Below, piece by piece: positions 18,087 to 28,478 of a stretch of DNA of 32,000 nucleotides. The notes under the pieces were generated by a model. That model searched no databases. It worked only from the letters and a program-made list of their open reading frames with translations, and was not told the DNA's origin. The position numbers and the translations under genes are program-made. This stretch comes from Psychrobacter sp. HD31. Its GTDB lineage: Bacteria > Pseudomonadota > Gammaproteobacteria > Pseudomonadales > Moraxellaceae. The stretch is from contig NZ_CP142525.1 in assembly GCF_051097895.1 (NCBI RefSeq), forward strand, positions 1,740,001 to 1,772,000, in the 5' to 3' direction. Position 1 is the stretch's first letter. The number at the start of each line of letters is the position of its first letter.

Positions 18087-19352
18087 TTAATTAACAAACT
18101 CTGGGTAGGCTTCTTGACCACATTCTGCAAGGTCTGCCCCTTCGTACTCTTCTTCTTCTGAGATACGGATACCCATAACGGCTTTTAAAATACCCCAAAC
18201 AACCAAGCTTGTAACAAACACCCAACCAAAAATAGTTGCTGCGCCAATCAATTGCCCCGAGAAAGTCGCCCCATCATTTGTAATTGGTACAAGTAGCAAG
18301 CCTAATAAACCAACCACACCGTGCACAGAGATTGCACCAACTGGATCATCAATTTTTAGTTTATCGAGTGTTAAAATAGAGAATACAACAAGCACGCCGC
18401 CTAATGCACCAAATAGCACTGCTTGTAATGCAGATGGCGTAGATGGCTCTGCTGTAATAGCAACTAGGCCCGCCAAAGCACCGTTTAATAGCATCGTTAA
18501 GTCGGCTTTACCAAAGATAGCACGTGCAACTAATAAAGAAGCAATTGCACCACCGGCAGCAGCCGCATTTGTATTTAAAAATACCATCGCTACTGAGTTT
18601 GCATTGGCGATATCACCCAGTTTAAGTACTGAGCCACCGTTAAAGCCAAACCAGCCCATCCACAGGATAAAAGTACCTAATGCAGCTAACGGTAAGTTAG
18701 CACCTGGAATAGCACGTATCTCACCATTTTTACCATATTTGCCTTTACGAGCACCCAGTAATAATACACCTGCTAATGCAGCAGCAGCGCCAGCCATGTG
18801 TACAATACCAGAGCCTGCAAAGTCACTAAAACCTAAATCACCAAGGTTATATAAGCCAAATACGTCGTCACCATTCCATGTCCAGCTACCTTCCATTGGG
18901 TAGATAAAGCCACACATTACCACGGCAAATATTAAAAATGCCCAAAGTTTCATGCGTTCTGCCACGGCACCAGATACAATAGACATACAGGTAGCGACAA
19001 ACACCACTTGGAAGAAGAAGTCAGCAGCAGTAGAGTAAACAGAATCGCCATTAAAACCATTTTCTGCTGAACTTGCTAGCGCATCAGCCACTAAGGTGTC
19101 ACCACCTGCTATGCCAATTAGACCCCAGCCACCATCATTGTACATAATTTGGTAACCAAATAGTAAATACATGGTACAGGCTATGGCAAACAACGCCACG
19201 TTTTTGGTTAAGATTTCGGTGGTATTTTTAGAGCGTACTAAACCGGCTTCTAGCATGGCAAAACCTGCTGCCATCCACATGACCAGTGCACCACAAACTA
19301 AAAAGTAAAAAGTATCTATTGCATACTGTAATTCAAAAATTTGGTTTTCCAT
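18087..19352 (-). CDS. amtB: Ammonium transporter AmtB
   Basis: 421-aa polytopic protein with Amt signatures (AAGFAMLEAGLVRSKN, SGIVHMAGAAAAL, twin-His region). It lies directly downstream of glnK. Confidence 0.93.
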   Translation of the reverse strand: MENQIFELQYAIDTFYFLVCGALVMWMAAGFAMLEAGLVRSKNTTEILTKNVALFAIACTMYLLFGYQIMYNDGGWGLIGIAGGDTLVADALASSAENGFNGDSVYSTAADFFFQVVFVATCMSIVSGAVAERMKLWAFLIFAVVMCGFIYPMEGSWTWNGDDVFGLYNLGDLGFSDFAGSGIVHMAGAAAALAGVLLLGARKGKYGKNGEIRAIPGANLPLAALGTFILWMGWFGFNGGSVLKLGDIANANSVAMVFLNTNAAAAGGAIASLLVARAIFGKADLTMLLNGALAGLVAITAEPSTPSALQAVLFGALGGVLVVFSILTLDKLKIDDPVGAISVHGVVGLLGLLLVPITNDGATFSGQLIGAATIFGWVFVTSLVVWGILKAVMGIRISEEEEYEGADLAECGQEAYPEFVN

Positions 19353-19390
19353 GTTAATTCCCCCTCGAAATTTTTATGGACTAAGTGTGT

Positions 19391-19774
<384 letters not shown>

Positions 19775-19815
19775 CTAAAACTTACAACATTTTTCTTTAC
19801 TGTCCTTATCATAGA

Positions 19816-19831
19816 TACAAGAATCATGCCA
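19816..19831 (-). promoter_or_regulatory. Weak sigma54-like -24/-12 element upstream of glnK
   Basis: Minus strand reads TGGCATGATTCTTGTA, against the consensus TGGCACG-N4-TTGCW. The GG is present with correct spacing, but the -12 element is GT instead of GC. It lies about 87 nt upstream of the glnK ATG. Confidence 0.25.
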
Positions 19832-20186
19832 AGTTTACTGAGGGGGGAGAATGCAATGAATAATAATTAACCATCCTCTAAAAGTGTATCGTTTTAGAGT
19901 GTTTGACTAGTTATGATGGATTGCAAAGGTAAACTTGGATATTGTTATAAGACCTGTATATAGATAAAGTTTTTTTAAAGTTAGCAAGGTTATTATAACG
20001 ATATTTTTTAGGAGATAAATAGAAACCATTAGAAAGATTATTGAAAAAATAGTAACAAATGCACGTATTTAGAAATATATATTTATTTTAGTGCATATAT
20101 ATCTATATTGGTGCATTTTTAGAGGGTGTGGATTCAAAGAGATGATTTGAAGAGAAATTTTAAATAATAATAAGCAAAAGTAATGA

Positions 20187-21041
20187 CTAATGCTTAGGAA
20201 GCAAAAGATAAGGCGTTTGATGAACTTCTAATAACTTTTCAGTATCGCTGCCTTGAAACCACTCACGTAAACGCGACTGACCAAACGCCCCAGACATTAG
20301 CATATCTAGTTTGTTTTCTTTTTGGTAATACAATAAAGCTGCGGTGACATCACGGCAGTCCAGTAGTTTTTTCTTGCACTTGATGCCAGCTTGGGTAAGT
20401 TTTGCATACGCCTCACGGATGGCATCGGTGTTTTGTGTGTTCTTTTTACCTACCATCACAATATGGATGCACATGTTACGTGTTAATGGGCTTTGAGCTA
20501 CCCATTCTACCAAACGATGACAGGTCTCCCTATTATCAAATGCCAGCAATGCCGATTCAGGCGTTTTAAAAGCAGCGTGTGTCACTAAAATGGGGCAATG
20601 GCTGTGTCGGATAACATTTGCTAATGTGGTTTCGCAAGTTAGCTGACGACCCGTGATAATGAGTTCGGCCTTATCATCTATATAGTCAAGGTTTTCATTA
20701 ATGCTGCATTGACGTTGTAATGGATAGGTTGATTGTGTGCAAAAATGCTCGGCACAGTAGGTTTGGGCTTTGGCTAAAAGGTCTTTGCCCTCGTTTTTAT
20801 GGGCAAGGTTTACCATATGCTCTTCATTGGCAAACTCTTTTAACAAGTTTTCTTCATTGTCTGGTGTTAAGCAGCCAGAATAGTCGACTGCCTGTTTACG
20901 ATGACTACTTGGCCTAGAGTATAGCAACCCAATGTCACTTTTAAGCCTGCTTGCAACCCATATACTGGTATCAAGCACAACTTGAATGTCTTTAGGAGAG
21001 TTTAATAAAGCGATAATACTATTGGGTTTAATATTACTCAT
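20187..21041 (-). CDS. Tandem-domain universal stress protein (UspE/UspA-family)
   Basis: 284 aa, equal to two USP-like halves. The first ends ..AELIITGRQL...LANVIRHSHCPILV. The second ends ..DMLMSGAFGQSRLREWFQGSDTEKLLEVHQTPYLLL and contains the ATP-binding G-x2-G-x9-G-S pattern. No clear Shine-Dalgarno is present. Confidence 0.6.
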   Translation of the reverse strand: MSNIKPNSIIALLNSPKDIQVVLDTSIWVASRLKSDIGLLYSRPSSHRKQAVDYSGCLTPDNEENLLKEFANEEHMVNLAHKNEGKDLLAKAQTYCAEHFCTQSTYPLQRQCSINENLDYIDDKAELIITGRQLTCETTLANVIRHSHCPILVTHAAFKTPESALLAFDNRETCHRLVEWVAQSPLTRNMCIHIVMVGKKNTQNTDAIREAYAKLTQAGIKCKKKLLDCRDVTAALLYYQKENKLDMLMSGAFGQSRLREWFQGSDTEKLLEVHQTPYLLLPKH

Positions 21042-21148
21042 AAACTTTTGGGGGATATCCCATGGCTTGTGATGATCGGATTATAGATTTTTATTGTAAC
21101 AAAAGCAACAAAAATACAACAATTGCCGAGTCAATATTTAAGCCTAAT

Positions 21149-22090
21149 TTATGAGCGATGCAGGTTAAAACCATAGTCAACAATATGTTGTTTAAGATAA
21201 GTAAGATACTCTTCTGCAAGAGTAGATAAACGAACTTGTTTATGTTTTAGCCACCCTATTGTCATACTTTCTTGCTCGTTTTGTGCTAATGCGAGTGGTA
21301 CAGATATGATGTTTTCATCATTGAGCTCACGGCTTAATACGCCGCTACTAATCGTATAGCCATCAACCCCTAACATGAGGTTGAATATGGTGGCTCGGTC
21401 ACTCACCTTTATGCTTTTGCGATTATAGCGGGTACTTAAAATTTCTTCGGCATAATAAAACGAGTCACTTTGCCCTTGTTCAAAGCTTAAACAAGGGTAG
21501 GGTTCTAACTCTTCTAAAGTAATCACACTTTTAGTCGCTAATGGATTATTCTTACCAATAAAAACATGAGGTTGTGCGGTAAACAAAGGGGTAAACTCTA
21601 ACTGTTTTTCTTTAAATACTTTTTGTAAAACCTGTTTGTTAAAATCATTTAAGTAAACGATACCAATCTCGCTATTAAAGGAGCTAACATCTTGCAAGAT
21701 GTTGTGTGTTTCAGTTTCTTTTAAAGTAAATTCGTATTCGTTTTCGGCATAGTTTTTTACTAATTCGGCAAAGGCGTGTACGGCAAAAGCATAATGTTGG
21801 CAAGAAACAGAAAGCAAACGTCGGGAAGGCGTTTTGTTTTGATACTTTGCTTCCATCAGCTCTACTTGAGCAACGATTTGTCTTGCATAGGTCATAAACT
21901 CCATGCCTTCATCAGTGAGGGTAACCCCTTTAGCTGAGCGCCCAAAAATAGTAATGTTTAATTCTTCTTCTAAGTTTTTAAGGGCATTTGATAAGCTTGG
22001 TTGACTAATGAATAGTTGTTTTGATGCCTCATTTATTGAACCAAGTTCAATGGTCTTAATGGCATATTTAAGCTGTCGGAGCGAGGGCAT
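21149..22090 (-). CDS. LysR-family transcriptional regulator
   Basis: N-terminal wHTH (LRQLKYAIKTIELGSINEASKQLFISQPSLSNALKNLEEEL) followed by a substrate-binding domain of about 200 aa. Confidence 0.88.
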   Translation of the reverse strand: MPSLRQLKYAIKTIELGSINEASKQLFISQPSLSNALKNLEEELNITIFGRSAKGVTLTDEGMEFMTYARQIVAQVELMEAKYQNKTPSRRLLSVSCQHYAFAVHAFAELVKNYAENEYEFTLKETETHNILQDVSSFNSEIGIVYLNDFNKQVLQKVFKEKQLEFTPLFTAQPHVFIGKNNPLATKSVITLEELEPYPCLSFEQGQSDSFYYAEEILSTRYNRKSIKVSDRATIFNLMLGVDGYTISSGVLSRELNDENIISVPLALAQNEQESMTIGWLKHKQVRLSTLAEEYLTYLKQHIVDYGFNLHRS

Positions 22091-22111
22091 AAGTATCTTT
22101 TTAAAGTCGGT

Positions 22112-22128
22112 TATAGTAAAAAGCTATA
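22112..22128. promoter_or_regulatory. LTTR-type box (T-N11-A within the dyad TATAG-N7-CTATA) just upstream of the LysR gene
   Basis: TATAGTAAAAAGCTATA has perfect 5-bp arms and lies 22-38 nt upstream of the LysR ATG at 22090. This is consistent with autoregulation. Confidence 0.4.
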
Positions 22129-22191
22129 TTTTATCATAAAAACAAATATTTACTCTATACTTATATGAATGCGTATTAAAAGCAGCTGTGC

Positions 22192-22222
22192 CAAAAAAAG
22201 CCCTGTCTTGTAAACAGGGCTT
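22192..22222 (-). terminator. Intrinsic terminator of the SulP gene
   Basis: Minus strand AAGCCCTGT / ACAGGGCTT hairpin (22198-22206 and 22214-22222) is followed by TTTTTTT (the plus-strand A-run at 22193-22199). It lies about 30 nt after the SulP stop. Confidence 0.7.
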
Positions 22223-22252
22223 CTTATTTCTACTTTGTGTGAGTTTGATAGT

Positions 22253-23752
22253 TTAATCCAATAAACCAATATCACGTCTGTCATGGACAGAAAACTCATC
22301 GATAATAGTGCGGCTCGCTTCATTTAAGCCAACTACCTGCACATTAATGCCTTCTCGTTGTAAACGGATAACAAGCTTATCTAAAGTATCAACGGCGGTT
22401 ACATCCCAAAAGTGGGCATGAGTAACATCAATAACCATATTATCTAACGCTTCTTTTGTATCAAACGCATCTAAAAATTGGGTGGTTGAGGCAAAAAATA
22501 CTTGACCATGAACGTAATAATAACGAGTGTTTTGTCTTTCATCATATTCGCTTATCACGCTTAGGAATTGACCAATTTTATTTGCAAATGCCAAGGCTGA
22601 TAATAAGACACCCACTAAAACACCGTAAGCTAAGTTATGGGTTAAAATGGTCGTTAGCACAGTTGCCAGCATAACAATGTTAAATGACATTGGGTGAGTT
22701 TTAAATTCGCGGATAGACTCCCAATTAAAGGTACCAATAGATACCATAATCATCACAGCAACCAATGCTGCCATTGGGATTTGACGTACCCAGTCGCTTA
22801 AAAATACTACCAAAACCAACAAAACAGCACCAGCAATAAAGGTAGAGAGTCGAGTACGTCCACCTGATTTAACATTAATCACAGATTGCCCAATCATCGC
22901 ACAGCCTGCCATACCACCAAAAAATCCAGAAACAATATTGGCAATACCCTGACCACGACATTCACGGTTTTTATCACTTAACGTATCTGTTAAATCATCT
23001 ACAATGGTTGCTGTCATCATAGACTCAAGCAAACCAACCACTGCAAGTGCAATAGAATAGGGAGCAATAATTAGTAAAGTTTGCAAATTAAGTGGGATGT
23101 CAGGTAGTAAAAATATGGGTAGCGTATCTGGCAAATCGCCCATATCACCAACTGTGCGGATATCCCACCCAAAATACATGCTGGCCAGTGTAATACTAGC
23201 AATACATAGCAAAGGCGATGGTAGCAACTTGCCTATTTTTGGCAGCAAAGGGAATAAATAAATAATACCCAAACCAACAGCCGTTAGTAGATAGACAAGT
23301 GGCGTTACGCCTTGGGTGTTTAGGTCTAGCTCAGGCAATTGTGCCGCAAAAATCAAAATTGCTAATGCGTTAACAAAACCAATGACCACCCCGCGCGAGA
23401 CAAAGCGCATCAGGTTGCCTAGTTTAAATATGCCCATCACAATTTGGATAACCCCGCAAAGCAAGGTGGCAGCAAGCAAATATTGCAAACCATGTTCTGC
23501 GACTAAGGTTACCATCACCAATGCCATGGCACCGGTAGCGGCAGAGATCATACCAGGGCGACCACCAACAAAACTAATCACCACAGCAATACAAAATGAG
23601 GCATATAAGCCTACTTTAGGGTCCACCCCAGCAATGATAGAAAAAGCAATCGCTTCTGGGATTAAAGCCAAAGCAACGACTAAACCAGATAGTACGTCAC
23701 CACGAATGTTAGAAAACCACTCGTCTTTGATAGTTTCGATAGAGAAATTCAT
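22253..23752 (-). CDS. SulP-family inorganic anion transporter with a C-terminal STAS domain
   Basis: Typical SulP N-terminus ([45 protein letters not shown]) and a C-terminal STAS-like domain ([17 protein letters not shown]...[21 protein letters not shown]). The start is moved to the ATG at 23752 (MNFSIETIK). The 44 upstream codons in the ORF track are AT-rich and not SulP-like. Confidence 0.88.
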   Translation of the reverse strand: MNFSIETIKDEWFSNIRGDVLSGLVVALALIPEAIAFSIIAGVDPKVGLYASFCIAVVISFVGGRPGMISAATGAMALVMVTLVAEHGLQYLLAATLLCGVIQIVMGIFKLGNLMRFVSRGVVIGFVNALAILIFAAQLPELDLNTQGVTPLVYLLTAVGLGIIYLFPLLPKIGKLLPSPLLCIASITLASMYFGWDIRTVGDMGDLPDTLPIFLLPDIPLNLQTLLIIAPYSIALAVVGLLESMMTATIVDDLTDTLSDKNRECRGQGIANIVSGFFGGMAGCAMIGQSVINVKSGGRTRLSTFIAGAVLLVLVVFLSDWVRQIPMAALVAVMIMVSIGTFNWESIREFKTHPMSFNIVMLATVLTTILTHNLAYGVLVGVLLSALAFANKIGQFLSVISEYDERQNTRYYYVHGQVFFASTTQFLDAFDTKEALDNMVIDVTHAHFWDVTAVDTLDKLVIRLQREGINVQVVGLNEASRTIIDEFSVHDRRDIGLLD

Positions 23753-23986
23753 AAGCAAGAATTGATAGGATTTTGGTAAGGTTGATAAGGATATATATTT
23801 TTGTTGACGATTAAAGCCGACAAAAAAACGCACATAATAACATAAAGTTAAGTTTAACTGTATTTTAGTAACAATAAAAATCAATCAAAGCAAATGTTTA
23901 CTCACTATCTGCTGGTATATTTTGGTAGAATTGCAGGATATATAAAAAATTGAATATACGGTTAAAAATAAAAGGCGAATGGAATT

Positions 23987-25420
23987 ATGACGCAATCAAA
24001 TCTAAATGCTGGCTTGCAGGTTGTTATTGGTTTAGGGCAGTCTGGCTTGTCGGCTGTTGAGTTTTTAGTGAAGCAAGGGTTTGATGTTGCAGTAACCGAT
24101 GGCGGGGAGTCACCTGCCTTAGCAAACAAGTTACCAAAAGCGGTTACCATGCGTGAATTTGGTGGCATTAGTGAGTCACTATTGCTAAAAGCAAGTAGGA
24201 TTGTGATTAGTCCTGGTATTTCTTTACGACAACCCGCTGTTGCTAAGGCGATAACGGCAGGTATCAATGTGGTGAGTGATATTCAGCTATTCCATGAAGC
24301 ACTAAATGATTGGGAGACACAGGTACCTGTTGTTGCCATTACGGGCTCTAATGCTAAGAGTACGGTAACCACCTTGGTTGGTGAAATGGCAAAAAATGCA
24401 GGGGTTCGTGTCGGCGTTGGTGGCAATATTGGCATACCAGCATTAAATTTGTTACAGGATAAAAACATACAACTGGCAGTGTTAGAGCTGTCCAGTTTTC
24501 AGTTAGAAACAGTGACGGACTTAAATGCCCAAGTGGCAACGGTATTAAACATGTCGCCAGATCATTTAGATCGTCATGGTGATATGTTGGGATATCATCA
24601 GGCAAAACATCGTATTTTTCAAGGCGCAAAGTCGGTGGTGGTTAACCGAGAGGATGGGCTAACTGCCCCTTTACTACTAAAAGGGGTGAAACAAATTAGT
24701 ATTGGTAGCAGTGCACCAAAGTCTAGCTTTGGGGATGAGATTGTAGAGTATGGTTTAATTACAGAAGCTGATGGTCAAACCTTTTTGGCAAGATCCATGG
24801 ACGGCACGTGTGAAAAACTTTTAAATACAGCCACACTTAAAATAAAAGGGCAGCATAACTACTTAAACGCATTGTCTGCCTTGGCGTTAGGCGAGCTTGC
24901 AAATTTACCTATGGAGAGCATGCTTAATACTTTAAAAGACTTTGCAGGGTTACCGCATCGTTGTCAGTATATTGCCAGTAAAGATGGCATTGATTATTTT
25001 AACGACTCAAAAGGCACAAACATTGGTTCTACCATGGCAGCGATTAAAGGGCTGGGTGAAAGTTATATGGCAACCAATAAGTCGGCAAAATTGTTATTAA
25101 TTTTAGGCGGGCAAGCTAAAGGGCAAAACTTTGCTGAGGTAGTCCCACTTATTAACCAATTTGTTAATAAGTTACTGTTTATGGGTGAAGATGCTGACTT
25201 AATTTATGAGCAGCTTAAATCTGCTGGACTATCTAATCAGGTTGTGTGTCATCAAGTTGGCAGTTTAGACAAGGCAATAGAAAAAAGTACAAGCTTAACC
25301 GCCAGTAGTTTATCGCAGGTTAAAGCGGTGTTATTATCGCCTGCTTGTGCAAGCTTTGACCAATTTAGTGGTTATGAAGAACGTGGTGATAAGTTTGTTA
25401 AGCTTGTTCAGTCTTTATAA
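23987..25420 (+). CDS. murD: UDP-N-acetylmuramoylalanine--D-glutamate ligase
   Basis: N-terminal Rossmann-like GLGQSGLS and the Mur ligase P-loop GSNAKST. It is followed by ftsW, as in canonical dcw clusters. Confidence 0.93.
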   Translation: MTQSNLNAGLQVVIGLGQSGLSAVEFLVKQGFDVAVTDGGESPALANKLPKAVTMREFGGISESLLLKASRIVISPGISLRQPAVAKAITAGINVVSDIQLFHEALNDWETQVPVVAITGSNAKSTVTTLVGEMAKNAGVRVGVGGNIGIPALNLLQDKNIQLAVLELSSFQLETVTDLNAQVATVLNMSPDHLDRHGDMLGYHQAKHRIFQGAKSVVVNREDGLTAPLLLKGVKQISIGSSAPKSSFGDEIVEYGLITEADGQTFLARSMDGTCEKLLNTATLKIKGQHNYLNALSALALGELANLPMESMLNTLKDFAGLPHRCQYIASKDGIDYFNDSKGTNIGSTMAAIKGLGESYMATNKSAKLLLILGGQAKGQNFAEVVPLINQFVNKLLFMGEDADLIYEQLKSAGLSNQVVCHQVGSLDKAIEKSTSLTASSLSQVKAVLLSPACASFDQFSGYEERGDKFVKLVQSL

Positions 25421-25520
25421 AAAAATATATTAAAAATGTGTTTAAGTGTTATTGTTTAAATTCATGCATCAATATTTAAATAAAATAGTAAAGTAAATAA
25501 ATAGAGTATCCCTCAATATT

Positions 25521-26723
25521 ATGGCGATTTTTTCTTCTTTCTCAGGTATGTTTCAAAACTCAAAATCAACGGATGGCGTGCTAAATAGTCCATCCTATGT
25601 GCCTTCTATCAAATGGTTGTTGCTTGCAAGTATTGGCTGTTTGCTCGTTTTAAGTTTGTTGATGGTGACATCTGCTTCTATCCCTTTTACAGAAAAATAC
25701 CCCAAGATGGGAGAGCTGTTCTTTTTTAAGCGTCAGCTTGCTTATGCGGTTTTGGGCAGTTTCATGGCCTATACCATGACACGCATCCCTTTAAAATGGG
25801 TGTATCATTTAAATGTGCAGTTTTTTGTGCTATTGGTTACCCTAATTTTGCTGATAGTGACGCTATTTGGGTCTGAAATTAATGGCGCTAAACGGTGGAT
25901 AGAGCTGGGCGTTATTAATTTTCAAACAGCGGAGCTTGCAAAGCTTGTGGTCATTGTTTTTACGGCCGATTTTGTAGTGAGGCGCTCTTCTGAAGTTCGT
26001 ACCAGCTGGGATGGCTTTATTCGCATTTTGGTTATTGTTGGCTTGATAACCCTGTTATTGTTGGCTCAACCAGATTTTGGTTCGGTAGCGATTATTGCAG
26101 GTTGCGTGTTGACCATTTTTTGGGTGGCAGGCGCACCAATGAAGCAGTTTGCTGCAATGGCAACCATGGTTGCTGTGTTTGCTTATTTTGCGATTGTACG
26201 TTCTGATTATCGCTTAGGACGTGTGACCTCCTTTATGAATCCATTTGACGATATACAGGATACCGATTATCAGCTCGCAAGAAGCATTATTGCGTTTGGA
26301 CGTGGCGAGTTTAATGGCGTTGGCTATGGTGAAAGTGTGCAAAAGTTAGCTCATTTGCCAGAAGCACATACAGACTTTTTGTTGGCAATCACGGGAGAAG
26401 AACTTGGATTTATTGGTGTTGCTTGTGTCTTATTGTTAGAGGCAACCGTCATTGCTTGTATTATGCGCATCAGTTATTTGGCACTAAAACGTAAACAAAT
26501 GCGTATTAGCTATACCGCGTTTGGTATTGCCACCATGTTTATTGGGCAAACATTGGTGAATGCAGGGATGAATATGGGGTTATTACCAACAAAGGGTTTG
26601 ACGATGCCATTTTTTAGTTATGGGGGGTCTGCCATGTTAATGAGTATGATAATGATTGGTTTGGTGCTGCGCATCTGTAAAGAAAGTGCAGAAATACCGG
26701 CAAACCAAAGCCGAAATTACTAG
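25521..26723 (+). CDS. ftsW: Peptidoglycan glycosyltransferase FtsW (SEDS family)
   Basis: 400-aa polytopic SEDS protein with the conserved LPEAHTDFLLA motif. It is assigned as FtsW rather than RodA from its position after murD. No clear Shine-Dalgarno is present, so the start is somewhat uncertain. Confidence 0.88.
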   Translation: MAIFSSFSGMFQNSKSTDGVLNSPSYVPSIKWLLLASIGCLLVLSLLMVTSASIPFTEKYPKMGELFFFKRQLAYAVLGSFMAYTMTRIPLKWVYHLNVQFFVLLVTLILLIVTLFGSEINGAKRWIELGVINFQTAELAKLVVIVFTADFVVRRSSEVRTSWDGFIRILVIVGLITLLLLAQPDFGSVAIIAGCVLTIFWVAGAPMKQFAAMATMVAVFAYFAIVRSDYRLGRVTSFMNPFDDIQDTDYQLARSIIAFGRGEFNGVGYGESVQKLAHLPEAHTDFLLAITGEELGFIGVACVLLLEATVIACIMRISYLALKRKQMRISYTAFGIATMFIGQTLVNAGMNMGLLPTKGLTMPFFSYGGSAMLMSMIMIGLVLRICKESAEIPANQSRNY

Positions 26724-26735
26724 ATGAAATAAAAA

Positions 26736-26767
26736 AAGACTTAAACGTTTGTTTAGGTCTTTTTTAT
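26736..26767. terminator. Bidirectional intrinsic terminator between convergent ftsW and dsbA
   Basis: AGACTTAAAC (26737-26746) pairs with GTTTAGGTCT (26751-26760) as a 10-bp stem with one G:U pair. An A-run lies upstream and TTTTTT lies downstream. Confidence 0.75.
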
Positions 26768-26792
26768 AAGCAAGATATAAAATATCAATTAA

Positions 26793-27413
26793 TTATTTTT
26801 CTGCACGTACTTTATCAACCAAATAGTTAACAACTTGAGGCACTTTTTCGCCTTCACCTAACACCATGTATTTGCCTTGTACGACGACAGAAGGCGTACC
26901 TGACATGCCATAACGCATTGCCGCATCATTTGAGCGTGCAATTTTTGTATTAACGGCAAATGAGTTAAATAATCCTTCAAACTTTTCTTTATCTAAACCT
27001 TGTGCTGCATACCAATCAACCAAGGCACCTTTGTTTGTACCAGCAAGGTTTCTTTTCTCGTCTTTTATGACAGCGTTAAACAATTTGTGGTGAGTTTTGC
27101 CTTGATAGCCCATCAACTGAGCGGTATAAAAACCACGGGCACTTGTTTCCCATACTGGGTTTAGCGCCGCTGGTGTTTGGAAGAAGGCAACATCATCAGG
27201 TTTGTTGTCTGCCCATTTTTGCATGTAAGGTTCTAGGTTGTAGCAGTGGATACAACCATACCAAAAAAACTCACGTACAATAATGGTGTCACCACTGATT
27301 GTGTCTGGGTTTTCTAGCACAGCGTAATCTTTTCCTTCCACAAAGTTGGCGGCATTAGCATGGCTTGTCATACCAATCGCAGCAGCGAGGGCGGTTAATG
27401 CAATGTATTTCAT
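26793..27413 (-). CDS. dsbA: Thiol:disulfide interchange protein DsbA
   Basis: Thioredoxin-fold CxxC active site in FFWYGCIHCYNLEP (compare E. coli FFSFFCPHCYQFE). Signal peptide MKYIALTALAAAIGMTSHANA. The start is moved to the ATG at 27413; the 36 upstream codons in the ORF track are not needed. Confidence 0.88.
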   Translation of the reverse strand: MKYIALTALAAAIGMTSHANAANFVEGKDYAVLENPDTISGDTIIVREFFWYGCIHCYNLEPYMQKWADNKPDDVAFFQTPAALNPVWETSARGFYTAQLMGYQGKTHHKLFNAVIKDEKRNLAGTNKGALVDWYAAQGLDKEKFEGLFNSFAVNTKIARSNDAAMRYGMSGTPSVVVQGKYMVLGEGEKVPQVVNYLVDKVRAEK

Positions 27414-27625
27414 AGATATTACCTGTAATGGGAGTTTATAAGGCTGCTTGTCATTATTTTTTAGCAACCAAAGTATAAGAAATGATAGTGCCATACATAA
27501 TAACCGAAAATAGCTACCCATGTCATTAGCGATTGTTAAGCAAAAGTTGCAAACTCGTTATGAATTATTAGCTCACCTAGTGCTATAATGTAGGAGTTAC
27601 AAAAGATAAAAGTTAAGGAACACCC

Positions 27626-28384
27626 ATGACGGCGGATGAAACACAAACCGATATAAAACAAAGCATTAATGTAGATACAGATGAAATTGCTAAATTTACC
27701 GCCATTGCAGATGAATGGTGGGATAAAAACGGCGCATTTGCTCCGTTACATCAAATTAATCCGCTGCGTTTAAATTGGATTGAAGACAGTGTTCATGCAA
27801 TACAAGGTGATGGACTAACAGGTAAAAAAGTGTTGGATGTAGGCTGTGGTGGCGGTATTTTAGCGACCTCAATGGCACAGCGCGGTGCAGATGTGACTGG
27901 GCTTGATTTAGGTGAAGAGAACTTAAAAGCCGCCAGCTTGCATGCCCAAAATCTTGGCATAACCGATACCTTACGCTATGTACACAAACCTGTAGAAGTA
28001 TTAGCCGGTGAGCAAGCGCAACAATATGACGTGGTTACCTGTATGGAAATGCTGGAACATGTGCCAGACCCAGCAAGTGTGGTACAAGCTTGTTATGACT
28101 TAGTTAAACCAGGTGGTGTTTGTGTGTTATCCACCATTAACCGTAATCCTAAGTCATTTTTATTTGCGATTGTGGGTGCAGAGTATATTTTAAGATTGCT
28201 TGATAGAGGCACGCATGATTTTAATAAATTTATTACGCCAGCAGAGCTAGACAAAATGGCAACGGTTGCAGGCTTTAAACGTTATGACTTGATTGGCTTG
28301 CATTATAATCCGATTACTAAGCGATATTGGCTTGCACAAAATGTTGATGTTAACTATATGATGGCAGTGAAAAAGCCCTTATAA
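27626..28384 (+). CDS. ubiG: Bifunctional 3-demethylubiquinol 3-O-methyltransferase / 2-polyprenyl-6-hydroxyphenol methylase
   Basis: [23 protein letters not shown] block, SAM motif [11 protein letters not shown], and [10 protein letters not shown]. Confidence 0.93.
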   Translation: MTADETQTDIKQSINVDTDEIAKFTAIADEWWDKNGAFAPLHQINPLRLNWIEDSVHAIQGDGLTGKKVLDVGCGGGILATSMAQRGADVTGLDLGEENLKAASLHAQNLGITDTLRYVHKPVEVLAGEQAQQYDVVTCMEMLEHVPDPASVVQACYDLVKPGGVCVLSTINRNPKSFLFAIVGAEYILRLLDRGTHDFNKFITPAELDKMATVAGFKRYDLIGLHYNPITKRYWLAQNVDVNYMMAVKKPL

Positions 28385-28426
28385 ACGGGTAATGTTGTTT
28401 TATAGTGAAAGATGGCTTTTTTTGGG

Positions 28427-28451
28427 GCTGGGCTTATTGCCCAGCTTTTTT
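28427..28451 (+). terminator. Intrinsic terminator after ubiG
   Basis: GCTGGGC (28427-28433) pairs with GCCCAGC (28439-28445) around the loop TTATT, followed by TTTTTT. Confidence 0.7.
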
Positions 28452-28478
28452 GAATCTTAAAAATAAAAAAGGAAGATT

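Noticed and set aside
19841-19875. G-rich Shine-Dalgarno-like GAGGGGGGAGA followed by ATGCAATGAATAATAATTAA (mini-ORFs MQ* and MNNN*) on the plus strand
   Set aside because: The ORFs are 2-4 codons long and point away from glnK with no downstream gene to regulate. The G-run is more likely part of the glnK upstream or leader sequence on the other strand.
20057-20118. Canonical NtrC enhancer sites (TGCACC-N5-GGTGCA)
   Set aside because: Only isolated TGCAC or GTGCA half-sites with non-canonical spacing are present. This is reported as a weak hypothesis in the findings, not as an annotated NtrC site.
23753-23884. 44-codon N-terminal extension of the SulP ORF in the track
   Set aside because: The extension (MIFIVTKIQLNLTLCYYVRFF...) is AT-rich spacer translated in frame. 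The conserved SulP N-terminus begins at the ATG at 23752.
27414-27521. 36-codon N-terminal extension of the DsbA ORF in the track
   Set aside because: The ATG at 27413 yields a canonical signal peptide (MKYIALTALAAAIGMTSHANA). The extension would place a second hydrophobic segment before it and runs into the ubiG promoter region.
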